Below are positions 1-9,540 of a DNA stretch of 64,000 nt, piece after piece (position 1 is the stretch's first letter; every line of letters starts with the position of its first letter). Position numbers and translations under genes: made by a program. Source of the stretch: a virus (taxonomy: Duplodnaviria; Caudoviricetes); IMG/VR virus record IMGVR_UViG_3300010163_000002, positions 184,906 to 248,905 of that record; one strand, 5' to 3'. The notes beneath the pieces are model-generated. The model did not search any database. It saw nothing but the letters and a program-made list of their open reading frames with translations, and was not told where the DNA came from.

Positions 1-1272
1 TATGTAGCGGCGGATTATCTTTCCAACACTAACGTTACATATGATTTTTCATCTGAATTGACAATAGATGAAACTTATCCGGTATATTCTTCTACGATCA
101 CAAGTGCTGCTGTAGAAGAAGTAACCTCTGCAAACATTGCAGAGTATATTCCTGATATTCCTGTACCCGAGCAGTTAAGAGAATATGTTGTTACTACAAA
201 TGGTTCATATACTGTAAATCAAAATACTAAAAATATTCCATTAGTAGAAGTTGTTGATAGTGTATCAACAAATAATTCCAAATTGGATACTATACTCGGA
301 GAATTTCGTAGTAGATTTAATTTAAATAATACTACTGAGATTATACTTAAAAAGAGCGGAAGCAGTGTTCAATCATCAATTATTAACAATGAGAGTGCAT
401 TACCGTATAATAATCTGAGTTATAATGTGTATTCAGATGGAACTAATAGAATTGGTATTATTTATTTGGAACTTCCTAAAGCTGTAGCAACAAATACTAT
501 TTATAGCATTTCGTTTGTTACAGATGTGACAAGTGGAGGAAAAACTCTTAAACAATTAGAGGCTGAAGGGATTAAGTTCAATATAATTGGAAAAGACTCC
601 ACGTCTCAGACTAAATATAATAATTATATTTTAGCGTCCACAGCGGGCAGTATCAGCAATACAAAAATCTTTAGCATAGATTTAAGCACACTGATCTATA
701 CTGTTAAGAATACCACGTTTGATGAGCATACTAGCGCCCTTCAGGATCAGATTACGGCGTTAGCTGCAAGAAAAACTGCATTCATAGCCAGTGTAGATCT
801 TGTTATTCCAACAACAGGTTGGGTGGCTGATACCGATACGAATGAGGTATATGCTCTTTGTGTAGATATGGCTTCAGAAATAATCAAAGAAGACATGATT
901 CCTATATTAACAATACACCCATCTGGTGATGAGATTGCTAGAGAGTGTGATATGAGTACTGCAGCAAGAACTATTGATGGAGCTCTAAGAGTTTATGCGC
1001 AAAAAGCTCCCGCTGAAAATATTAATTGTAGTTTAACATTGCTTGCTGTTGGAGGATCTACTGGGGGGAATGGTGAAGGCGGAACCTATGTATTACCAAC
1101 TGCAACTGCGACACGGCTTGGTGGAGTAAAAATTGGAGATGGAATAGATGCAAATAGTGATGGAACTATATCTGTTGACAGTAATGCTGTAGCAGAAAAA
1201 GTAATAGCATCTCCAGAAGAAGTTAAAGCGATGTTGGAAGAAGTTCATAAAGATGAAACTGTTACAAGTTGA
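1..1272 (+). CDS. Tail fibre/baseplate-associated structural protein (5'-truncated by window)
   Basis: Frame is open from base 1. C-terminal 'IPTTGW' adaptor-like domain, 'YVLPTATATRLGGVKIG' fibre repeat and terminal 'EVKAMLEEV' motif. Confidence 0.65.
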   Translation, partial: YVAADYLSNTNVTYDFSSELTIDETYPVYSSTITSAAVEEVTSANIAEYIPDIPVPEQLREYVVTTNGSYTVNQNTKNIPLVEVVDSVSTNNSKLDTILGEFRSRFNLNNTTEIILKKSGSSVQSSIINNESALPYNNLSYNVYSDGTNRIGIIYLELPKAVATNTIYSISFVTDVTSGGKTLKQLEAEGIKFNIIGKDSTSQTKYNNYILASTAGSISNTKIFSIDLSTLIYTVKNTTFDEHTSALQDQITALAARKTAFIASVDLVIPTTGWVADTDTNEVYALCVDMASEIIKEDMIPILTIHPSGDEIARECDMSTAARTIDGALRVYAQKAPAENINCSLTLLAVGGSTGGNGEGGTYVLPTATATRLGGVKIGDGIDANSDGTISVDSNAVAEKVIASPEEVKAMLEEVHKDETVTS

Positions 1273-1330
1273 TTTTACCGAGTTAGCCGCTCGATAAAAT
1301 AAAAATTTTAAATCTAAGGAGGAAAAAATA

Positions 1331-2185
1331 ATGGCTGAAACTAGACTTACATTAGACGCGCTAAGAGAGATGGCGGAGGACGCCAAGAAGCGATATACTA
1401 CTAAAACTGAGCATAATGCGCTGAAAACACAGGTTGAAAATCTTGTAACTGCAGGCGGTGAACCGAATAAGCTGGAAGGCGTAAAGGTTAATGGAACTGC
1501 TCTTACCATTGCAGAAAAGATGGTTGATATCTTGATTGGTCAGGGTGCAGCAAACGGCGCAGTATCTGTAAATGGTGTAGACGTAATGGTTAAAGGCCTT
1601 GCTGCACTGGCATTCAAGGCAAATGTATCTGAATCTGATCTTGATGCTGCTCTTAAGGCAGTGCTTGACGGTAAGGCCGCAGGTACAGATGTTGAGGCTC
1701 TTTCCGGTAAAGTTACAACTCTTATTGGAACAGATGCAAACAAATCTGCTCGTACTATTGCAAATGAAGAACTTGCAAAACAGCTTATTCCGGATAACGC
1801 TAAGGAGAGTCTTGATACACTAGCTGAGATCGCAGCATGGATTCAGGATCATCCGGATGATGCTTCAGCAATGAATACTGCTATTACTTCACTGCAGAGT
1901 CTGGTTGGTAAACTGCCGGAAGGTGCAACAAGCACTACAATTGTAGACTACATTTCTGAAGCAATCACAAAGGCTGAATACAAGCATCCAACTCACACAG
2001 CTTATACAAGTGGTCTGTATAAGGTTACTGTAGATGGCAATGGCCATGTTACAGCAGCAGATGCTGTTAAGAAAGAAGATATTACTTCTCTTGGTATTCC
2101 TGCGCAGGATACAACCTATGAAGCAACTACACTAGCAGAAGTCAAGGCAATGCTGGCAGAAGTTTACGGTGAAACAACTGCGTAA
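1331..2185 (+). CDS. Virion fibre/decoration protein
   Basis: AGGAGG RBS. Motifs 'NKLEGVKVNG', 'DTLAEIAAWIQDH' and 'YKHPTH...GLYKVTVDGNGHVT' are typical of phage fibre proteins; partly paralogous to 8575..9450. Confidence 0.7.
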   Translation: MAETRLTLDALREMAEDAKKRYTTKTEHNALKTQVENLVTAGGEPNKLEGVKVNGTALTIAEKMVDILIGQGAANGAVSVNGVDVMVKGLAALAFKANVSESDLDAALKAVLDGKAAGTDVEALSGKVTTLIGTDANKSARTIANEELAKQLIPDNAKESLDTLAEIAAWIQDHPDDASAMNTAITSLQSLVGKLPEGATSTTIVDYISEAITKAEYKHPTHTAYTSGLYKVTVDGNGHVTAADAVKKEDITSLGIPAQDTTYEATTLAEVKAMLAEVYGETTA

Positions 2186-2200
2186 TTCCATATTCTGGTT

Positions 2201-2223
2201 AGCCGGGGATTATATCCCCGGCT
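2201..2223. terminator. GC-rich hairpin (terminator or processing site)
   Basis: AGCCGGGGAT-tat-ATCCCCGGCT, 10-bp stem, weak U-tract. Confidence 0.55.
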
Positions 2224-2247
2224 TACTGTTAAGGAGGTGACGCATAA

Positions 2248-3168
2248 TTGAGCGCGAAAAAGTTAGACATACTGGAGTTATTTAAAGAATGTGCCAATAA
2301 ATCCAAACAGTATTGTCTAGATAAGGTAGATGCTTTAACTCTAGCTACATATCAGAGTATTACAGAATTGACAGATCGAATTAAGGGCTATTTACCTTTA
2401 GCCGGAGGAACAGTAGATGGAAATACGATATTTAAAAAAGTCGTATACACGCATCACGCTGTAGGAACATCTGCCACAGCAGGCTATGTAAAAATAGCTC
2501 AAATCAAAATTACTAATAATTATCAAAATATTCCTCTTATCTTTGAAGTGGTGAACCGTAATAGCCGTTTTCCAATGCATCTATTTTTACAATTTAACTC
2601 AGAAAATAATGTTGATCCGGCCATCGGTTCATTTACATATTTTGGCGCTAATATTGGCGCATATATTATTAAATCTGCTGCAAGCACATGGGATTTATAT
2701 ATCAAGAAATCTGAAGCTTATGATAATATCGGTATAACAAGATATACGACAAATGCTAATTACATGGCTGGCGTTACAGTTACTTGGACAGATGTTCATG
2801 CTAATAGTTTACCATCCGGGTGCACTACGGCAACAGTTGCAGCTATGAATATTGCAGGAACATTATCAACAGCCGATAGAGATAAATTAGATAAACTTGC
2901 TGTACCATCCGGTGTGAATATAACCGTTCCAACTACAGGATGGGATAGTGATAGTTCAGCATATCCTAAATATTATGACATTGCTGTCAGTGGAGTAACG
3001 AATAAAGATCGTGCGGATATTATAGTTGCTCAAGCTAGTTTGGATACGATTGAAAAATGTGGATTGTATTCAATTACCGAAACACTTGCTGGTAAAATCA
3101 GAATACGTGCTACTAGTGTACCAACAGCAACAATATCTATGCAGTACTGGATTACTAAAGGACAGTAA
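2248..3168 (+). CDS. Tail fibre protein with C-terminal adaptor domain
   Basis: AAGGAGG RBS, TTG start. 'YLPLAGGTV' fibre motif and C-terminal 'ITVPTTGW' domain shared with 1..1272. Confidence 0.65.
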   Translation: MSAKKLDILELFKECANKSKQYCLDKVDALTLATYQSITELTDRIKGYLPLAGGTVDGNTIFKKVVYTHHAVGTSATAGYVKIAQIKITNNYQNIPLIFEVVNRNSRFPMHLFLQFNSENNVDPAIGSFTYFGANIGAYIIKSAASTWDLYIKKSEAYDNIGITRYTTNANYMAGVTVTWTDVHANSLPSGCTTATVAAMNIAGTLSTADRDKLDKLAVPSGVNITVPTTGWDSDSSAYPKYYDIAVSGVTNKDRADIIVAQASLDTIEKCGLYSITETLAGKIRIRATSVPTATISMQYWITKGQ

Positions 3169-3182
3169 GAAAGGAGTACAAT

Positions 3183-4736
3183 ATGGCATACGGAAATGTA
3201 AATATGCCAGGAGCTTCTGCTGCTGATGTTAAAGCGGCAGAGGCTGCGGCACAAAATGCATTAGATAAGATTGGAAATACATCAGATACTGGCGGAAGTC
3301 CTTCCGCCGGTACAGTTATGGGAAAGCTTAATAAAATTATTGAAAGCAGTAGTGGTTCGGCTAGCGCCGATACTCATCTTATTTGGTTAAATGACTATAA
3401 AACATTTGGCGAAGATTCATATGTATTTCAGAATAAAGATATTCTGCATGAATTATATGAAGATTTCAGTCTTGTTATTCACGATATGTTAATACGAGTT
3501 GAAGCATTAGAATATGCAGATAAAAATAATCTTGCTGGGCAGTATTTAGCTGCAGCATATGATATTTCCAATGCAGATTCTGTAAAGAATATACAAACCA
3601 CAAGTGCTCTTGTACAAAATTCTGCAGCTATGAATGTGGTACGACAATCTGATGTGGATATGAAAGCATTGCTTGATTATAATGCAAGTATGAACGCTTT
3701 AATTAAATCTACAACAGCTATGAATTCAGTTGCTGCGTCAATAATAGGTATGAAAGCTATTGCTGAGTCGGAAGAAGCTATGAATACTCTTCTTGCTTCT
3801 AATACTTTAAGTATTGTCGCTAGTTCTGCAACAGCTATGAACCAAGTTGCCGCATCCGAAGTTGCTGTAGACGCTATTGTAAAACAGAATAAAATGGATA
3901 GTTTTTTAAATGCAACATCAATGGCCGCAATTGCTGCTTCTGAGACTGCTATGCGAATTATATCGGAATCTGAGGAGGCTATGACTGCTATTTCTCAATC
4001 TGAAGTTGCTGTAGACGCTATTGCTAAGTCTAGCGTTGCATCAAATGTTGTATGCGCTTCTAATAATTCCATGGGTATTTTATGTAACTCAGAAATTGCT
4101 TTAAATAACTTATATACTGTTTTCTTTAATTCTACTCCAGCCATGAATTGTATTTGCAATAATGAGTCAAATATGGCAGCGGTTGCAGCATCTTATGATT
4201 GCATGCAAGCGGCAGTTGCCGATGCAGCTATTATGCAAACTTTTAGTGAATCCGATATATGTAAAGACGCTATTACTAAATCAGCCACCGCATTACAAAT
4301 TATAGCTAAAAACGCTGATAAATGGGAATCATTAAAACCATTTATAATTGCAATAAATAATAATGGGATTAAGTATGTACAAAACGCATATGACATACTT
4401 ACCAATACAAATTATTTTACTAGAAAAACAACATCTAGAATTACTCAATATGATACTTATATGGAGAAATTACACGAATACTGTACCAGCGAGTACGCTA
4501 ATAATGGGTTTATTATAGGTCATGCAGGCGTACCTTCAAATTCACAAACTGCTACCGATCCAACTACAATTAGAATAAATAATGAAATAGTTGTAGAAAG
4601 GGCAAAAAGTTTTAATGCTGATGGATGGTTAAAAGATATTTCCAAAGGTAATGTTAATATTTTATTAATACCAACAGCTACATTTACTACTTCAAATAAT
4701 TGTTACGCGACCATAGCTGTATTTATTTCGAAATAG
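3183..4736 (+). CDS. Putative receptor-binding/tail protein with Ala/Met-rich helical repeats
   Basis: Starts MAYGNVN; many 'AMN.VAAS..AM.AI' repeats; the 22-bp string GAAGTTGCTGTAGACGCTATTG occurs at 3858 and 4002. Confidence 0.6.
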   Translation: MAYGNVNMPGASAADVKAAEAAAQNALDKIGNTSDTGGSPSAGTVMGKLNKIIESSSGSASADTHLIWLNDYKTFGEDSYVFQNKDILHELYEDFSLVIHDMLIRVEALEYADKNNLAGQYLAAAYDISNADSVKNIQTTSALVQNSAAMNVVRQSDVDMKALLDYNASMNALIKSTTAMNSVAASIIGMKAIAESEEAMNTLLASNTLSIVASSATAMNQVAASEVAVDAIVKQNKMDSFLNATSMAAIAASETAMRIISESEEAMTAISQSEVAVDAIAKSSVASNVVCASNNSMGILCNSEIALNNLYTVFFNSTPAMNCICNNESNMAAVAASYDCMQAAVADAAIMQTFSESDICKDAITKSATALQIIAKNADKWESLKPFIIAINNNGIKYVQNAYDILTNTNYFTRKTTSRITQYDTYMEKLHEYCTSEYANNGFIIGHAGVPSNSQTATDPTTIRINNEIVVERAKSFNADGWLKDISKGNVNILLIPTATFTTSNNCYATIAVFISK

Positions 4737-4748
4737 GGGTGATTTATA

Positions 4749-5153
4749 TTGAATAGTTTATTACAACAGATTTTGTCTAATATAAAATGCGTAAAGAGCG
4801 TACAACGTGGAACAGGTAGATTATATGTTAAATTTAAATCTGACAATGTTAAAAATTACCATCCAGAGTTAAAAGTTCCATTAAACACTATCGATCCGAA
4901 TAAATGTGTTGTTATTTTGAATGGCGCGTGTTCTACATATTTTGCTAATGATATACCAGCATATAGTAGCGGAAATGCTGAAAGAATAAATCCGCCACAT
5001 TTATTTTCTCTGAATAGTAATGAATTAATAATTAAAGATAGCTTTCAAGTCAACCTAACCAGCTATAGTACTTCCGATCCAAAGGATGAGGAAGGCTATT
5101 TTACATATACTGGTGCTGCTATAATTAGTTGGCAAGTAATAGAATTCTATTAA
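4749..5153 (+). CDS. Tail-fibre-associated protein
   Basis: 'KSVQRG...ISWQVIEFY' pattern seen in small phage tail-module proteins; GGGGTG RBS, TTG start. Confidence 0.55.
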   Translation: MNSLLQQILSNIKCVKSVQRGTGRLYVKFKSDNVKNYHPELKVPLNTIDPNKCVVILNGACSTYFANDIPAYSSGNAERINPPHLFSLNSNELIIKDSFQVNLTSYSTSDPKDEEGYFTYTGAAIISWQVIEFY

Positions 5154-5167
5154 TAGGGGGTGTTTAA

Positions 5168-5476
5168 ATGTATAGATATGCTCAAATTATTCCTGGCAAT
5201 GGAGCTGTAGTAGGAGACAGCCATTTAAGTGGGCCGGTAAATCATCCAAATATGATTCCAATTCCGGAAAATTTTGATCTTACAAATAAGAGATACGTTA
5301 ATGGAGAGTGGCAGGTACACATTCCTCCGGAACCAGAGCCTGTTGAACCTGAACCGACAGAGCAGGATCTTATTAATGCGGAAATACTGTTAAAGCAGGC
5401 TAAGATTATAAGTACTCAGAATGAGACTAACGATACATTGAAACAGATTTTAGCAAATCAGCAGACAAAGGAGTGA
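5168..5476 (+). CDS. Tail fibre assembly/chaperone-like protein (XkdW-like position)
   Basis: 'KRYVNGEW...PEPEP.EPEPTEQD' then a coiled-coil; lies directly before the XkdX-like gene. Confidence 0.55.
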   Translation: MYRYAQIIPGNGAVVGDSHLSGPVNHPNMIPIPENFDLTNKRYVNGEWQVHIPPEPEPVEPEPTEQDLINAEILLKQAKIISTQNETNDTLKQILANQQTKE

Positions 5477-5485
5477 TAATAAGAT

Positions 5486-5629
5486 ATGAGTAAGAAGATA
5501 CTTGATATCATAAAGAATTATTACAAATTAAAGATTTATAAGAATGAAGACGTAGCAGCGTTTGTTAAATCAAACGATATTACTCCAGAAGAATACAAAG
5601 AAATTACTGGAGAAGAATACGTAAAATAA
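5486..5629 (+). CDS. xkdX: XkdX-family small phage protein (47 aa; absent from ORF track)
   Basis: Hand translation MSKKILDIIKNYYKLKIYKNEDVAAFVKSNDITPEEYKEITGEEYVK; 'ITPEEYKEITGEEY' is the XkdX signature; AAGGAG RBS upstream. Confidence 0.85.
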   Translation: MSKKILDIIKNYYKLKIYKNEDVAAFVKSNDITPEEYKEITGEEYVK

Positions 5630-5651
5630 GAGGTAAAGGAGGTTAAGTAGG

Positions 5652-6950
5652 ATGGCATATGGAATTGTAAATGGTCCTGCAGGAGCATCTAGATCATCTG
5701 GTGTTTCTGGATCTGGAATAAGTATTGTGCCATTTCAAACTGGCGGATTAACATATAACAGCAAAGAACAATCCCCTGTATGGAGTAATTATGATACCGA
5801 AAAGCTTACACTTGGTGGAGTGACTAAGAGTACTAATGCCGGTACATATATTGCTACATTCACTCCTAAGGAAGGTTATACATGGATGGACGGAACCACT
5901 GGAGCCAAAGAGGCTCCGTGGACCATCGCTAAAGCACCAGGAAATTTGACAGCAGGAAGAACAGATATGATTTTTGATGTTTTTAATTTATCAGAAACTA
6001 TAAATATTATATGTGATGGGGATGGAGCCATAAGTGTTAAGGTTATAAATGAAGATATTGCTACAGTTGAACTATTTGGTACAGAATTGACAATAACTGC
6101 TATAAAGAAGGGTTATACAGGTATTATTTTAAGATCGATGGAAGACGATAATCATACTGTTTCTGAATTTAAAGTAATACACGTGCATTGCGATATTCCA
6201 AGTAGCGTATTAGAAGAAAATGATATTAAATATATTGTAGATGCGGCAAAATCAGGAACGGCCAAAAATTTCTGGTCTGTGGGCGATACTATTCCTATAC
6301 AGTTAGAGTATGGCTACGATGTTGGTTTAGGCGCACATCCGATTATATATGCGTATATAATTGGTTTTAATCATAATCCAGATATTGAAGGAAATAATAC
6401 AATACATTTTCAATTAGGCAAAACTGAAGATGGTACTGATATAGCCATTACAACTACACACTATGGTAGTGGTAGCAGTTCTAGCTCTGGAACTTTCCAT
6501 ATGATTTTGCAAGGTAGCAATGCAGGGGGGTGGGAAGGAACTAGCTTGAGAAAAAATGATTTAAATAAAACATTTTTTAGCGCATTTCCAACCGAATGGC
6601 AAAATGCTATGAAAAATTGTCCTAAATATACCAATAATATAGGACAAAAATCTTCATCCGTTTCAGTTACCGAAGATAAATTATGGCTATTATCTGAATT
6701 TGAAGTTTTTGGAGAAATAACTAGATCAACTGAACTAGAACAAAATTTCCAAAAACAATATTCATATTATGCTAATGGTAATAGTAAAATAAAATACAGA
6801 AGTAAATCATTAGATACTACTGCTATTTGGTGGTTACGTTCTCCTGCTTTTGCAAGTAGCGGTTTTTGCTGCGTTTTAAATGATGGTTTGCCTGGCGTAG
6901 CACAACAGTACATGGCATATGGATTATCCGCGTGTTTTGCAGTAGGTTAA
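5652..6950 (+). CDS. Receptor-binding protein with Ig-like domains and C-terminal DUF6273/CLec-like (DGR-target-type) domain
   Basis: Starts MAYGIVN; Ig-like 'TYNSKEQSP...NAGTY' segment; C-terminal 'DKLWLLSEFEVFG...WWLRSP...FCCV...YGLSACFAV'. Confidence 0.7.
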   Translation: MAYGIVNGPAGASRSSGVSGSGISIVPFQTGGLTYNSKEQSPVWSNYDTEKLTLGGVTKSTNAGTYIATFTPKEGYTWMDGTTGAKEAPWTIAKAPGNLTAGRTDMIFDVFNLSETINIICDGDGAISVKVINEDIATVELFGTELTITAIKKGYTGIILRSMEDDNHTVSEFKVIHVHCDIPSSVLEENDIKYIVDAAKSGTAKNFWSVGDTIPIQLEYGYDVGLGAHPIIYAYIIGFNHNPDIEGNNTIHFQLGKTEDGTDIAITTTHYGSGSSSSSGTFHMILQGSNAGGWEGTSLRKNDLNKTFFSAFPTEWQNAMKNCPKYTNNIGQKSSSVSVTEDKLWLLSEFEVFGEITRSTELEQNFQKQYSYYANGNSKIKYRSKSLDTTAIWWLRSPAFASSGFCCVLNDGLPGVAQQYMAYGLSACFAVG

Positions 6951-6965
6951 GAGGAGGGATATAAT

Positions 6966-7373
6966 ATGAACTACATAGTTCATCATAGATTTAAAGATAA
7001 AGGGGCTTGCGGTAAATATTTTAATCTTCCGTACGGAACAAAACTTATTACGGTAGGAGAATTTATTGCAACTACAGATAAGAAAATAATCTGTTTTCCA
7101 ACAAGTGAAAACGGTCGTAAATATTTTGCAATCAATGAGGATGGTAAAGGATTAGAGCGCGGGGCTCTGACTTACGCTATTGCGTATCAGCAGAGAAATG
7201 CTGGAAACGGCTTCAGATTTTCAGATGATGAAGCTAAACTAATAAAGGAAAATTATTCTCATTTTCTTAGACAAGATGCTGATGTAATTCTGTTTAACGA
7301 CAGTTTCTTCGAAGCTGATGTTAAAGAATTGCAGGCTTTAGCAGATGCTCTTAATATAAAAATTAAGCAATAA
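6966..7373 (+). CDS. Conserved hypothetical protein of the type found beside DGR target genes in Bacillota phages
   Basis: 'MNYIVHHRFK...FNLPYGT...SENGRKYFAINEDGKGLERG...LFNDSFFEA'; GAGGAGG RBS. Family association is recalled, not searched. Confidence 0.5.
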   Translation: MNYIVHHRFKDKGACGKYFNLPYGTKLITVGEFIATTDKKIICFPTSENGRKYFAINEDGKGLERGALTYAIAYQQRNAGNGFRFSDDEAKLIKENYSHFLRQDADVILFNDSFFEADVKELQALADALNIKIKQ

Positions 7374-7383
7374 TAAAAAAATA

Positions 7384-7456
7384 CAGCCCCATATACATTT
7401 ATTTAAAGCAGCGAGGTTTAATATAAAGCGAAATAATAAATATATATGGGAGGCTG
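7384..7456 (+). promoter_or_regulatory. Imperfect inverted repeat; left arm overlaps a late promoter motif, right arm covers the recombinase RBS
   Basis: CAGCCCCATATACATTTATT (7384-7403) vs AATAAATATATATGGGAGGCTG (7435-7456); TACA-TTTATT-TAA at 7394-7406. Confidence 0.6.
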
Positions 7457-7462
7457 AATTTT

Positions 7463-8482
7463 ATGTACGAAAATTTTAAAGCTGAATTTACAGCAAATTT
7501 GAATAATTTGTGTTTTGATCTTGATAGCAATCAGATAGATAGAGTATTATTATCCATGGATAATACTGCAAAGAATTATGATATTTACGAAAAGCCAGAA
7601 TCAGAGCTGGAAGTAATGGCCAGAACCAATGGTATCCCTAAATTGGTTTACACGTACTTAGCATGTAAAGGTGCAGAAGGTTTATCAAAGGATACTATTT
7701 ACGGTTATAAAATCTTATTGGAGTTGTTCTTCAAAGATGTACCAAAGAATCCAGATCAGGTTAACGCAAATGATATAAGAGTATTCTTATTCAATTACCA
7801 AGCCCGTACTGGAATATCTAATAGAACATTAGATAAGTATAGGGAATATGTAATGAGATTCTTTACATGGTGCCATGAGAATGGTGAAATTCCTATAAAT
7901 ATTTCTCGTCAGGTTAAACCAATTCATTATGAGACACCACAGAGACAGGCGTTAACCCCATATGAATTGGAAGAGCTTAGATTGGCATGCCATTCAAGAA
8001 GAGATAAAGCCATTATAGAGTTTTTATACTCTACAGCATGTCGAGTATCAGAATTAACTAAAGTTAAGTTTACTGATATTGACTGGAATAACAATACTGT
8101 TCATATTATTGGTAAGGGAAGAAAACATCGTATTTCATTCTTAAATCCAAGAGCAAGAATTACTCTTGAACAGTACATCAAATATGAGCGTATGGGAGAT
8201 TCTGAATATGTATTCGTATCTCAGAAAGCCCCATACGATCATCTTTCAAAAGAAGCAATAGAGAAAGTAGTACGAACAATTGCCGTTAAAGCTGAAGGAA
8301 TCCATAAACATATAACTCCTCATGTTTTGAGACATACTACAGCAACGATAGGATTGCATAACGGAATGTCTATAAATGAATTATCAACTCTTCTTGGTCA
8401 TTCTAATATAGAAACTACAATGATTTATGCTAAAACATCTCTTGATGCTGTACAGTCTGCTCATAGTAAATACATTATCTAA
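7463..8482 (+). CDS. Tyrosine recombinase/integrase (XerC/D-like)
   Basis: N-terminal SAM-like core-binding region plus full catalytic set: TACRVSE (R), GKGRK (K), HVLRH, LLGHS, TMIYA (Y). Confidence 0.92.
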   Translation: MYENFKAEFTANLNNLCFDLDSNQIDRVLLSMDNTAKNYDIYEKPESELEVMARTNGIPKLVYTYLACKGAEGLSKDTIYGYKILLELFFKDVPKNPDQVNANDIRVFLFNYQARTGISNRTLDKYREYVMRFFTWCHENGEIPINISRQVKPIHYETPQRQALTPYELEELRLACHSRRDKAIIEFLYSTACRVSELTKVKFTDIDWNNNTVHIIGKGRKHRISFLNPRARITLEQYIKYERMGDSEYVFVSQKAPYDHLSKEAIEKVVRTIAVKAEGIHKHITPHVLRHTTATIGLHNGMSINELSTLLGHSNIETTMIYAKTSLDAVQSAHSKYII

Positions 8483-8574
8483 TTAATGCCATAAAGAATC
8501 AGACATTAATGTAAATTCAGTGATAGTGCTGAATTAACTCAAAAAATAATGTTTTATAGAGGAGGTAACTACAA

Positions 8575-9450
8575 ATGGCAATTAAGAAAGTATTGCTTAC
8601 CAAAAAGCTGAACAACACTATTTACGACATCTTCCCGAAGACATCTGCTGATGTTGTAACGTACGGCGACTCTACTGTTGCTGCGGCTCTTGCTGCATTT
8701 GCTACAGATCTTAACAATGTATACAGCAAAACAGATGCGGATGCAAAGACCAAGGCTGCTTGCGATGCTCTGTATAATAAAATCATGGGTATTACAGAGG
8801 AAGATGGCGCTACAGTAGATCAGGCATACGATACTCTTAAGGAAGTTGCTGCATGGATCGATGAGCATGGTGATGTTGCTGCTGCATTCACTACTGATAT
8901 TACAGCTCTTAAGACTGCTGTTGGCGAGGCTCCGGCTGAGGGTAAACCTGGTTCTGGTCTGTTGAAGGCTATGGCTGAGGTAACAGCTAAAGCAGATACT
9001 AATGCAACAGATATCGAGGCTCTTGAACAGGCAGTAACGGATTTGCAGACTGCTGTTGGAAATGCAAGTGCTGGTCTTGTAAAGACTGTTGCTGATCATA
9101 CTACAGATATTACAGCTCTTAAGACTGCTGTTGGTGAAGAGCCGAATGCCGCTGCTGGTAAGGCTGGTTCTGGTATTCTTAAGAGAGTTGCTGACCTTGA
9201 AGCCGCTGGAGCAACTAAGGTTGAGAAATCTGATACCAATGGTAACATCAAGGTTAACGGTGTTGAGGTTGAGGTATACAAGCTTCCGTCTACTCTTGAT
9301 GCTGCAATTATTAAGGAGAGCGAGGATCGTAAGTTCGTTACTGCGGATCAGCTTGGTATTATCAATAACGCTGCTGCGATCAAAGTTGTTGCCGACCAGA
9401 GCGCTGTAGATAATGAGAGAGACCTGTTCATGGTTGAGATTACTGCCTAA
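8575..9450 (+). CDS. Head/tail fibre-like virion protein
   Basis: GGAGG RBS; late motif GACA-TTAATG-TAA at 8502-8514; 'DTLKEVAAWIDEH' shared with 1331..2185; duplicated TTDITALKTAVGE coiled-coil unit. Confidence 0.65.
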   Translation: MAIKKVLLTKKLNNTIYDIFPKTSADVVTYGDSTVAAALAAFATDLNNVYSKTDADAKTKAACDALYNKIMGITEEDGATVDQAYDTLKEVAAWIDEHGDVAAAFTTDITALKTAVGEAPAEGKPGSGLLKAMAEVTAKADTNATDIEALEQAVTDLQTAVGNASAGLVKTVADHTTDITALKTAVGEEPNAAAGKAGSGILKRVADLEAAGATKVEKSDTNGNIKVNGVEVEVYKLPSTLDAAIIKESEDRKFVTADQLGIINNAAAIKVVADQSAVDNERDLFMVEITA

Positions 9451-9540
9451 TCCGGTCTACCACGAAATGATGTAAATAAATTATAGATGGGTGGAGCAAA
9501 ATCCGCCCATCGACTAATTAAAGATTGGAAGGTAGGATAT

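Noticed and set aside
5652-6923. 12-bp direct repeat ATGGCATATGGA at both ends of the RBP gene as att sites
   Set aside because: Short, in-frame MAYG coding match; plausible by chance, with no arm-site support.
5652-8482. Complete diversity-generating retroelement
   Set aside because: No reverse transcriptase and no adenine-variant template repeat seen in the window.
3183-8482. Invertible shufflon
   Set aside because: No opposite-strand cassettes and no inverted crossover sites flanking the fibre genes.
7463-8482. Prophage integration module or boundary
   Set aside because: Phage structural genes continue on both sides; no host genes, repressor or att duplication seen.
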